Shown here one piece after another: positions 38,420 to 47,080 of a DNA stretch of 64,000 nucleotides. The stretch is from NCBI GenBank assembly GCA_963665115.1, contig OY762007.1, positions 4,256,001 to 4,320,000 of the forward strand. Direction: 5' to 3'. Within the stretch, counting starts at the first letter, position 1. The number at the start of each line of letters is the position of its first letter. A program made the position numbers and the translations under genes. The stretch comes from an uncultured Rivularia sp. GTDB lineage: Bacteria > Cyanobacteriota > Cyanobacteriia > Cyanobacteriales > Nostocaceae. The notes under the pieces are model-generated. The model did no database searches, was not told where the DNA came from, and saw nothing but the letters and a program-made list of their open reading frames with translations.

Positions 38420-38608
38420 GAAATTAATTTTATTTAGAACATTTACCTGACTGATAATGATATTTAATAACTTGTTAGAAGTCAATATTTTTATGTATCA
38501 AAGTATCTTATAAGTCAAAGCAATACTTAATATTATCAATCTATGTTTATAAAGTAGGATAAGTAAATTTTACTTACCCTCGATAATGATTCTAATTTTC
38601 ACTTTGAT

Positions 38609-39280
38609 TTATTTTTTAACTTGCTCAATTATAGCTTGAGTTTGTTGATAATTTTGGGTATCTCTCTGTTGACGAAAAAGACTTGCGGCTTTTTGTAAAT
38701 CCGCTACAGCGCTACGCTTATTTCCTAAAGCGTATTCTGCCAAACCCCGATTACCATAAGCTTCGGCTAAGTTTGGATTCAGTTTTAATGCTTTATTCAA
38801 GTCCGTAATAGCTTGTTTGTGATTTCCTTGTCTATAATTTGCGAGTCCTAAATTATAGTAAGCATCGACAAACTTTGGATCTATTTTTATCGTCTTCTCA
38901 AAGTCAGCCACAGCTGAGGGGGTATCTCCCAATGTTGCATAGACATTTCCTCGACTGTGATAAGCATCTGCATGGCTAGGATTAAGGCGTATTGCTTGAT
39001 TAAAATCTGTTATCGCTGCTTGATGATTGCCTAATTGGGATTTAGCAAGACCCCTCAGACAGAAACCTTCATAAAATTGAGGATTAGTTTGTACTACGTT
39101 ATCAAAATCTTTTATAGCTTCCTGGAAGTTACCTCGTTCGAGTTGTTGCATCCCCTGCTTAAATTGTTGCTGAAAATTAATTTGTTTTGTGCGCGGTGCT
39201 TGGGCATTGACTACAACAGGTATTCCGCTAAGTATACCTGTTAATCCGACAATGGCGAATCCTATGCGGATATAGTTCAT
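38609..39280 (-). CDS. Secreted TPR protein
   Basis: Signal peptide and about five TPR units. Confidence 0.9.
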   Translation of the reverse strand: MNYIRIGFAIVGLTGILSGIPVVVNAQAPRTKQINFQQQFKQGMQQLERGNFQEAIKDFDNVVQTNPQFYEGFCLRGLAKSQLGNHQAAITDFNQAIRLNPSHADAYHSRGNVYATLGDTPSAVADFEKTIKIDPKFVDAYYNLGLANYRQGNHKQAITDLNKALKLNPNLAEAYGNRGLAEYALGNKRSAVADLQKAASLFRQQRDTQNYQQTQAIIEQVKK

Positions 39281-39502
39281 GTTACCTGCTCCATTTTCTT
39301 GCTCTATATTCCATTGTAAGGCGGCAATAAAGTAACAGGTATACCAATAAAAAGTAATATTAAATTTAAGTATTTTAACTTAAAAATTCAAATTCAATTA
39401 TTTTTATTTTCTCTAATAGATGAAAAACATTATTTAAAAAATTCTTAATTTATCTTTTTTCAATCAGATTGCTAATAAAAAAATGCTGATTAATTAATAG
39501 CT

Positions 39503-39964
39503 TTATGAAACTTGCCTCCTAACAAACCAAACAATTATCAAAGGTAAAATTATCCATTGAAGTATCGGCGTTAAACCCGTACCTAATACCGGAAGCCTCG
39601 GCATGATATTGGCGTATTCCCATCTGTTGAGAACTCCAGTAGCTAGCACTTCAAAAATAATTGTAATTACAAGACTTACTAAAATAAAAATACTTAACTG
39701 CCACCATTTCGATTGACGAAACCAGTAACGGGATTTAGAAAAAAATGCAACAGTCCAAAATCCTGTTAGTGCAATTAAAACATCACCAAAAGTAGCTAAA
39801 GTACAGTTTCTCGTTCTTTCCCAGCAAGATAAATCGGAAAGTTCAAAAAATGGCATTTGCTGAACTTCCCAAAGAAAATTTAGCAGAAACGCGAAAATAG
39901 CAATATTTAATTCGGGTAAATTTAACCAACCCCGGTTACGGGTAAGATTTTGATGATTTGACAT
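39503..39964 (-). CDS. Membrane protein downstream of the multicopper oxidase
   Basis: Four TM segments; LNFLWEVQQMPF, RWEY and GLTPILQW. Confidence 0.7.
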   Translation of the reverse strand: MSNHQNLTRNRGWLNLPELNIAIFAFLLNFLWEVQQMPFFELSDLSCWERTRNCTLATFGDVLIALTGFWTVAFFSKSRYWFRQSKWWQLSIFILVSLVITIIFEVLATGVLNRWEYANIMPRLPVLGTGLTPILQWIILPLIIVWFVRRQVS

Positions 39965-39968
39965 ACAA

Positions 39969-41462
39969 CTAGTTTACAATTTCTAAATTCCCCATCATCC
40001 CTAAATCTTCATGGTCAAGAATATGACAGTGATAAACTGTTTTACCTGCATAATCGCGGAAAGGAATCCGAATCCGAACGGTTTCCCCTTGAGGCACCAA
40101 AACTGTATCTCTCCAAGCATGATAAGGTTCTGGCTTACCGTTACGGCTAATAACTTGAAAGTGATTAACGTGGAGATGAAAGGGATGATCCATCGTCCCT
40201 GTATTCACAATTTCCCAATCTTCCACTGTATTTAACTTAACTTGCGTATCAATGCGATCGCGCTCGTAAGATTTACCGTTAATCAGAAAAGCCATACCAA
40301 CACTCCTGAGCATACCGTGATTTAATTTAAAGCTACGTACTTGTTGGGGTTCTCTTAAAGCTGGTACTGATAAAAGTTTAGTTGGTAAAGGAATTGTTTC
40401 AACAGCAGAATCGTAGTTAACAGTTGCTAATACTGCTGATGTGTTGTTTTTATCGTTATTACTTCCACCCATCATACCTCTACCGCCCATCATGCCACCA
40501 CCACCCATCATTCCCATTGAACCGCGATTGTAAGGCAAATTGAGCAAGCGATATTGTCCGGGTTCTTTATCTCCTTTTATCAATACTTCTACTCTTTGCC
40601 CTGGAGTTAATAATAAATCGTTCGTTTCTACAGGTTCGGCTAATGCACCTCCATCGGTAGCAATTAGATAAAAAGGATGATTTTCTAAAGAAAGTTTATA
40701 AAAGCGGGAAGGAGAAGCATTGACAATTCGCCAATGTAATAAGCCATTTGCGGGAATTGAAAAACTGGGGTTGGTTTTACCGTTAACTGCAATTAAATCA
40801 CCTTCTCTTCCTGACATCAGCGACATATGAGCCGAAGAATCAATCATTTTTCCTTCACCGTCGAGAGCAAAATCTTGTAATACTAAAAATTCTTCTTTGG
40901 CGGCTTTAATTTCCGGAATTTCATCGAAATCACCCCGCACTACAAATAAACCCGCCAAACCTCCAAACAATTGATCTGCAACTAAACCGTGACGATGGGG
41001 ATGATACCAGAAAGTACCAGCAGGATGATTTTGAGGAATAGTAAATTCGTAATTAAAAGTTTCTCCAGGTTTAATGTTGAGAAAAACATTATCGGCATTT
41101 CCCGTAGGTGGAATATGCAGTCCGTGCTGATGTAAATTTGTTGGATTTGAAAGGTTATTAGTAAAACGAATCCGAACTTTATCCCCTGGATTAGCTTCCA
41201 AACGCGGCGCGGGAACTTGTCCGTTGTAAGCTAATAGATATGCCTGTTTATCTCCCAATTTTACGGGACGATAACTAGCTTCTAAATCGACGGATAACAA
41301 ACCATTACTACTTTTGTGCAATTTGGGTAAATCAACTGCCTCTTTTAGCGAAACTTTTTGTGATGGTTGAGAAGAATTACCTCTCACGCAACTGGTAACA
41401 ATAGCACCACCCGCACCAGCACCAGCTAGAGCAAGAAACTGACGACGATTAATTTTTTTCAT
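39969..41462 (-). CDS. Tat-exported multicopper oxidase (CueO/SufI family)
   Basis: NRRQFL, HQHG, WYHPH, HPFHLH and HCHILDHEDLGMM; Met/Gly loop. Confidence 0.95.
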   Translation of the reverse strand: MKKINRRQFLALAGAGAGGAIVTSCVRGNSSQPSQKVSLKEAVDLPKLHKSSNGLLSVDLEASYRPVKLGDKQAYLLAYNGQVPAPRLEANPGDKVRIRFTNNLSNPTNLHQHGLHIPPTGNADNVFLNIKPGETFNYEFTIPQNHPAGTFWYHPHRHGLVADQLFGGLAGLFVVRGDFDEIPEIKAAKEEFLVLQDFALDGEGKMIDSSAHMSLMSGREGDLIAVNGKTNPSFSIPANGLLHWRIVNASPSRFYKLSLENHPFYLIATDGGALAEPVETNDLLLTPGQRVEVLIKGDKEPGQYRLLNLPYNRGSMGMMGGGGMMGGRGMMGGSNNDKNNTSAVLATVNYDSAVETIPLPTKLLSVPALREPQQVRSFKLNHGMLRSVGMAFLINGKSYERDRIDTQVKLNTVEDWEIVNTGTMDHPFHLHVNHFQVISRNGKPEPYHAWRDTVLVPQGETVRIRIPFRDYAGKTVYHCHILDHEDLGMMGNLEIVN

Positions 41463-41535
41463 ACTTTCTAATTACTCTTGAATTTAACTCCTCATACCAT
41501 TTGATTAAATTCTCAATGCTAATCGTGCGGATATG

Positions 41536-41562
41536 GAGACGTAGCAGTGCTACGTCTCTACA
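41536..41562. repeat. Cyanobacterial REP-like palindrome
   Basis: GAGACGTAGCAGTGCTACGTCTCTACA. Confidence 0.7.
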
Positions 41563-41575
41563 ACTCCTAACTTTC

Positions 41576-42133
41576 TTAGTAAGTTTGATATTCTTTGAAA
41601 ATCTTGATTTCGCCATCTTTATTGAAAGATGCGATCGCAAATGGTTGTTTCTTTGCTGCTTCCATTCCTGGAGTACCTAATGGCATTGCGGGTACTGCTA
41701 ATCCTGCTTGCTTTGGTTTAGAAGCGACAAAACGTTTAATATCATCAGCAGGAATATGTCCTTCCATCACATAACCATCAATAACTGAGGTATGACAAGA
41801 TGCTAAGTTTTGAGGTACGTTATATTTCTGCTTGATTGCTTCCATATCATCGGTTTTAATGTCTGTAATTTTAAAACCGTGCTTCTCCATGTGTTTCACC
41901 CATTCACCACAACAGCCACAGTTCGGACTGCGATAAACGGTAACTTCTTTGACTCCGGAATAAGAGGGTTCTGTTTCCTTATCCCATACGCTAGTCATAG
42001 CCATAGCTTGAGAATTGCTACCAACGGTTTGAGTATTATTTCCCATCCCACCAAACCAGAATGTCCCTGCTACTCCTGCAACAGCAACACCCGCGATTAA
42101 AGAAACCAACAATTTAGAATTAGATTTAAACAT
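41576..42133 (-). CDS. DUF411 (CopG-like) metal-binding protein
   Basis: SPNCGCC, SCHT, EGHIPA and MPLGTPGME. Confidence 0.9.
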   Translation of the reverse strand: MFKSNSKLLVSLIAGVAVAGVAGTFWFGGMGNNTQTVGSNSQAMAMTSVWDKETEPSYSGVKEVTVYRSPNCGCCGEWVKHMEKHGFKITDIKTDDMEAIKQKYNVPQNLASCHTSVIDGYVMEGHIPADDIKRFVASKPKQAGLAVPAMPLGTPGMEAAKKQPFAIASFNKDGEIKIFKEYQTY

Positions 42134-42181
42134 TAATAAAACCTCACAATAATTTTTTTCTTAAGATTAAAACTTGACTTA

Positions 42182-42213
42182 ATTTTAAACTCTCTAGTTA
42201 GCTAGAGAGTCAA
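42182..42213 (-). promoter_or_regulatory. MerR-type promoter/operator for the DUF411-oxidase operon
   Basis: - strand TTGACT-20 bp-TAAAAT with dyad ACTCTCTAGCTAACTAGAGAGT. Confidence 0.85.
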
Positions 42214-42340
42214 TCTTTACCAATAAAATCAAATAACAGACGTTCCATATTGTTTCTTCGTTTGAAATTCAATTAATCTTTCAAAACTACAAATGGCAGC
42301 AGGTGTTTTTATGCTCCATTTATAAGTATTGCATTTCAAA

Positions 42341-42357
42341 ATGAAATCAAGATGAAA
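42341..42357 (-). promoter_or_regulatory. TTTCAT-N5-TTTCAT box upstream of the DUF411-oxidase operon
   Basis: ATGAAATCAAGATGAAA on the + strand; AATACT 10 bp downstream. Confidence 0.7.
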
Positions 42358-42443
42358 TTACAACCCCTTCTCTATCCGTGGTAGCAACAAAAAGGCAATA
42401 GTATCTCTGTATAATTCCATCATGAGCATAAATTGGAGATTCC

Positions 42444-42683
42444 ATGCCACAGATTCCTCGCGATAAAAGTCTTGATAGTACGCTCGCACTGCTGTCGGAT
42501 GGCTACAACTTCATCTCAAAATGCTGCAAATGGATTACAATCGCAATTATGAAGGAGGCGCTAAAGTTGCTGAGTGCAATGCGCTATGATGTGCCAGAAC
42601 AGGATTTGCAGATTAACCTCTCAACAATGCCAGCTATCCCGAAAAGTCAGTTTTTGATTAATAATGTCAGGCAAATTGATTAA
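42444..42683 (+). pseudogene. CYP152-like cytochrome P450 remnant (N- and C-termini fused, core deleted)
   Basis: MPQIPRDKSLDSTLALL joined to WITIAIMK...YDVPEQDL...MPAIPKS, both resembling the termini of CYP152 peroxygenases. Confidence 0.7.
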
Positions 42684-42716
42684 ACAATTGTTTATGTAAA
42701 TAAATGTTGCTAGTAC

Positions 42717-42748
42717 TTGACTCTATACCTAACTAGAGAATTTAACAT
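42717..42748 (+). promoter_or_regulatory. MerR-type promoter/operator
   Basis: TTGACT-20 bp-TAACAT with dyad CTCTATACCTAACTAGAG. Confidence 0.75.
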
Positions 42749-42857
42749 TATTCTAGTTATACAAAATTTGTCAATGACGGCAAGTTTATTTAAGCAGCGT
42801 TTTTGAACATAACGAAGCAATAAAAAATATTTTGTACGATTTATATCTATCCATACT

Positions 42858-43199
42858 ATGAATCACCCAGAAACCAGAATTCCCGCAGAATTGGCACCAG
42901 AAGTCTTTGAGAAGGCATCTCGTCTCTATGCCCAACATCAATATGAGACTTATTCGTTGTCAGAATTGATAGAAGCTGGAACAGAGGCAAAAATCCCCCC
43001 AGAGTTTATCCATAAAGCTGTAGAGCAAATTCAAGCCCAGCAAATTCAGGCTCACCAACGCTCAGAAAACCTCAAAGATGCTGCTATTGCTAGTGTAATT
43101 GCCGTAACTTTATTTGGATGAATGGCTTTCGGAAGTCCGTGTCATGCCACGACAAGCGAGGTAAATCAAGTTCCGAGCCAAACTACTCAACTCAAATAG
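42858..43199 (+). pseudogene. Small cyanobacterial membrane-anchored protein with probable premature TGA at 43119
   Basis: YSLSELIEAGTEAKIPPEFI motif; the TM helix is cut by TGA and the frame stays open to 43199. Confidence 0.5.
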
Positions 43200-43349
43200 T
43201 TTGAGAAAAAAACTACATTCGCAACCAATTTTCAAAAAAGCCAAGATGTTTTGGATTAGGCTGTTGACAAGAGGATTTAAGGCGTTGCTGAATTTAACTA
43301 TGAATTTAGATGTAGAGAGAGAGGCGTTCTAACCATTTAATCGAGCGTG

Positions 43350-43520
43350 CATTCAACAGCTTTATTTGGGGGATTGCTTCTGCTCAAACAGTTTGACAAG
43401 AGCGATCGCCCCAACAATCTTAAGGAAGCTAATGCGGTTTGCTTTCTTCGAGTTAGCTGCTGGATTATTGAATGATAATGTTGCTGTAGTTGATTGATGA
43501 GCGTAACTGGCGATCTATTT
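43350..43520 (-). pseudogene. Possible coaR (MerR/CobH fusion) internal remnant
   Basis: TLINQLQQHYHSIIQQL...QTA...LLGR/DRSCQ...AEA coiled-coil fragment, divergent from the coaT-like gene. Confidence 0.45.
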
Positions 43521-43521
43521 T

Positions 43522-43554
43522 CTTGACTTTAAGATCAATGTCAAGGTTTATGTT
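43522..43554 (+). promoter_or_regulatory. CoaR-type operator/promoter
   Basis: CTTGACTTT-N6-AATGTCAAG dyad; TTGACT-20 bp-TATGTT. Confidence 0.7.
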
Positions 43555-43588
43555 AATGTTGATCGAGTCATCATATTTTCGTGCGTTA

Positions 43589-45520
43589 ATGGCTCAAAGA
43601 CATTTATCTAATTTATCGAACTTCTCTCTCAACCGAATAAAGGAATATTCAGACGCTTTAGCCGCTGTTGCCTGTGCAATTCTCATTGTCTTGGGTTGGT
43701 TATTTCTTCATTTAGGTTGGATTAGTATTGCTTTGTTAATTTTTCCAGCGGCTTACGTCATTGGTGGTTACGAAAGCACCAAAGAAGGGTTGACGACTTT
43801 ATTTAAGGAAAAAGAGTTAGATGTAGATTTACTAATGATTGTTGCTGCTTTGGGAGCAGCTATTTTAGGTTTATGGCAACGTGATTATTATTTGATTGTC
43901 GATGGAGGAATGCTGATTCTGATTTTTGCTGTCAGTGGTGCTTTAGAAAGCATAGCCATGCAGCGCACCGAGCGAAATATTCGTTCTCTGATGGCAACTG
44001 CACCGAATACAGCTATAGTCATCCAAGATGAACAAGAAATTGAAATTGAAATTGCTAAATTGCAGCTAGGAGATTTAGTACTAGTCAAGCCAGGAGAACT
44101 GATTCCTGTTGATGGGGTGATTTTAGATGGTTGGACGAGTGTTAACCAAGCATCAATTACTGGAGAGTCGATTCCTGTAGATAAAAATGTTGGAGATGAA
44201 GTCTTTGCTGGTACGCTCAACGGCAATGGAGCTTTGAAACTAAAAGTAGATCGATCGCCAGAAAACAATCTCATTCAACGAGTAATTCGGTTAGTAGAAA
44301 AAGCACAAACTGAAGCACCTCCATCCCAGCAGTTTATCGAAGGATTCGAGCGCAGCTATGCACGAATTATCGTGTTGGTGGGATTATTGTTAGCAATTTT
44401 ACCGCCATTTTTATTCGGTTGGGACTGGGAAACCACAATTTATCGAGCATTAATATTTTTAGTTGTAGCTTCTCCCTGCGCGTTAATGGCTGCAATTATG
44501 CCGACTCTACTATCAGGAATTGCTCGTGGTGCTAGGGCAGGAATTTTATTTAAGAATGGATCGCAGATAGAGAAAATCGGGAAAATAAAGGCGATCGCTT
44601 TTGATAAAACTGGTACTTTGACTACCGGAAAACTAGAGGTGGCAAAGATTGTTCCAGTAGTAGGGCAATCTGGCGATCGGGTTTTGGAGGTAGCTGCTGC
44701 CTTAGAATCGCGTTCGGAACATCCTATCGGTGAAGCAATTACCCAAGCTGCTTTACAGAAAAACCGAACATTGCAAAATGCTAGTCAAGTACAAGCAAAA
44801 ACGGGTTTGGGAATTGTTGGTGAAGTCGCAGGAAAAACAGTTATGGTAGGAAAAACTGCTTTTATTCGTCAAGAAATCCCCGATTTGAACCCCGAATTTA
44901 TTCAAGTAAATAATCGCCTAGAAAAACAAGGTAAAACTGTTGTCTGGGTGGTTGAATCTGCAAAAGTTATAGGCTTGATAGCTGTTGCTGACACTATTCG
45001 ATCGGAAGCAGCCGCTTCAATCAAGGAATTAAAAAAATTGGGTATCGAACAAATAGTTTTACTTACGGGAGACAATCAAGTTACAGCAAATAGTGTTGCT
45101 AAATCCCTGGGGATAGAAATAGTTTATGCCGAACTTCTGCCAGAAGATAAATTGACAGTTATTCGACAGCTACAGCAAAAATATAAGAATGTGGCAATGG
45201 TGGGAGATGGGATTAACGATGCTCCTGCACTTGCTATGGCAACAGTAGGTATAGCTATGGGTGGTGCTGGAAATGATGTCGCCTTAGAAACTGCCGATGT
45301 GATTTTGATGAGCGATCGCCTAGAAAAATTACATACGGCAATTAGCCTCGGTCGTCGTGCCAATCGTATTATCAAACAAAATATTACTTTTGCGCTTTCA
45401 TTTATTTTCCTATTACTTATAGCCAACTTTACAGGTAATATTAATATGCCTTTGGGGGTAATCGGACATGAAGGTTCTACAGTTTTGGTAATTTTAAGCG
45501 GTCTACGCTTGTTGCTGTAA
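43589..45520 (+). CDS. coaT: P1B-4 heavy-metal ATPase, CoaT-like (Co2+)
   Basis: ASPC, DKTGT, SEHP, GDGINDAP and HEGST; no N-terminal metal-binding domain. Confidence 0.85.
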   Translation: MAQRHLSNLSNFSLNRIKEYSDALAAVACAILIVLGWLFLHLGWISIALLIFPAAYVIGGYESTKEGLTTLFKEKELDVDLLMIVAALGAAILGLWQRDYYLIVDGGMLILIFAVSGALESIAMQRTERNIRSLMATAPNTAIVIQDEQEIEIEIAKLQLGDLVLVKPGELIPVDGVILDGWTSVNQASITGESIPVDKNVGDEVFAGTLNGNGALKLKVDRSPENNLIQRVIRLVEKAQTEAPPSQQFIEGFERSYARIIVLVGLLLAILPPFLFGWDWETTIYRALIFLVVASPCALMAAIMPTLLSGIARGARAGILFKNGSQIEKIGKIKAIAFDKTGTLTTGKLEVAKIVPVVGQSGDRVLEVAAALESRSEHPIGEAITQAALQKNRTLQNASQVQAKTGLGIVGEVAGKTVMVGKTAFIRQEIPDLNPEFIQVNNRLEKQGKTVVWVVESAKVIGLIAVADTIRSEAAASIKELKKLGIEQIVLLTGDNQVTANSVAKSLGIEIVYAELLPEDKLTVIRQLQQKYKNVAMVGDGINDAPALAMATVGIAMGGAGNDVALETADVILMSDRLEKLHTAISLGRRANRIIKQNITFALSFIFLLLIANFTGNINMPLGVIGHEGSTVLVILSGLRLLL

Positions 45521-45696
45521 GATATTAAAAAAGAATGCAAATATCTTATATTTATTGCAAAGCTTTTCAGTAATTACCTAATACTTCAAAAATGAAAGAT
45601 AAGTGAATAGAAAATGAAAAAACTATGATAATGCAAGTCATTTATGATCGGTTATACTAAGCAATCATATAGTTTATCTTTTACTTAACAAAATTT

Positions 45697-46248
45697 GTGG
45701 CAATCATTTTAATCGGATTAGGGTTAGCTGCCGATGCTTGTGCAGTTTCTCTTAGTAGTGGAATGATAATTAAACATATAAAACTTAGTAAAGCTTTAAA
45801 AATTGCTTTATCTTTTGGTATTTCTCAAGGCTTAATGCTTTTAATAGGCTTGTTAATTGGACTTAGTTTTAGAGAGTTGCTATCAAGAGTAGACCATTGG
45901 ATTGCTTTTGGCTTATTGAGTTTTCTTGGTGGCAAATTAATTTATGAATCCATGCACGTAGACACCAATCGTAAACCCTTTAATCCGCTAGAGTTTTACA
46001 CTCTTTTAGGATTGTCAATAGCTACTAGTATTGACGCATTAGCAGTAGGCATTAGCTTATCAGCGTTACAAATTCAGATTATTTCGGCAGCTATTTTAGT
46101 TGGCTTAATTACATTTAGTATATGTCTTATTTCTGTTTATGTTGGTCACAGTTTTGGCGATTTATTTAAAAATAGAATTGAAGTAATTGGTGGTTTAATC
46201 TTAATTTTTCTAGGTAGCAAGATTTTATTTGAGCATTTAAGTCAATAA
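45697..46248 (+). CDS. mntP: Manganese efflux pump MntP
   Basis: LAADACAVS, DHWIAF and ATSIDALAVG. Confidence 0.85.
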   Translation: MAIILIGLGLAADACAVSLSSGMIIKHIKLSKALKIALSFGISQGLMLLIGLLIGLSFRELLSRVDHWIAFGLLSFLGGKLIYESMHVDTNRKPFNPLEFYTLLGLSIATSIDALAVGISLSALQIQIISAAILVGLITFSICLISVYVGHSFGDLFKNRIEVIGGLILIFLGSKILFEHLSQ

Positions 46249-46444
46249 ATTGTGTTTTTTATTCCTCAATTCAAAACCTGTTTTTTAGATGTCTACTCAA
46301 CAAATATTCAGTTGTCACTAGCACAACTAAACTTTTGATTCGTCATATAGCAATCCTAAATGATTTATAAGAAGTTTAAACACAATCTGGCGAATATAAT
46401 TTAACATTAAAAGCTCTAATGTTGTCTACGTATTTTCTCATGTC

Positions 46445-47080
46445 TCAGTTCGGATTGCTATATCGTAAAGCTGTAACAACCATCAGTCCCCAAATAAACC
46501 TAAAACGAACTTTAGCTGCACGGTGAATTTTGAAATCAGCAGATATCAATAACTGATGCAATTGTGCTTGGGTATAACATTGTTGATGAGCGGAATCGAA
46601 AATTTGTAAAACCCAGTCGCAAATTCTACAGATAAGATAATCTTTACTCCAGTCAAGAATCACTACCTTACCATTGGGTTTAAGCACTCGTTTAATTTCT
46701 GCTAATGCGACTTGAGGAAGATCAAAATAATGAAAAGCATTTGCACAAACAACTACATCAAAAGTATGACTGGCAAATGGTAGTGAATTAGCTGAGGTTT
46801 GATGAAATTCAACGTTAGAATAAACCCGATATTTTTTCCTGGCTATATCCAACATCTTTTCTGATATATCAACACCAGTAATTCTCTGCGTAGGATTTTT
46901 ACCAAGCAAAAGCCGCTCAAATTCACCAGTACCACAAGCAACATCTAAGATTGTAGATTGTGAGTCTATTTGCTCCCAGTTATAGAGGAAGGTAAGAGTA
47001 TTATTGATATATTTGCGCCAACGTAAATCGTAAATATCCGCAAGTTGCTCGTACTGAGCGCGAACCTTTATTTCACTCAT
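46445..47080 (-). CDS. Class I SAM-dependent methyltransferase
   Basis: ILDVACGTG, GVDIS and RVLKPNG. Confidence 0.9.
   Translation of the reverse strand: MSEIKVRAQYEQLADIYDLRWRKYINNTLTFLYNWEQIDSQSTILDVACGTGEFERLLLGKNPTQRITGVDISEKMLDIARKKYRVYSNVEFHQTSANSLPFASHTFDVVVCANAFHYFDLPQVALAEIKRVLKPNGKVVILDWSKDYLICRICDWVLQIFDSAHQQCYTQAQLHQLLISADFKIHRAAKVRFRFIWGLMVVTALRYSNPN

Noticed and set aside
43255..43310. IS or MITE end (GGCTGTTGAC, AGGCGTTGCTGAAT)
   Set aside because: No partner inverted repeat, target duplication or transposase found
45520..45697. yybP-ykoY manganese riboswitch upstream of mntP
   Set aside because: Expected from context, but I could not see the conserved structure; an Rfam scan is needed
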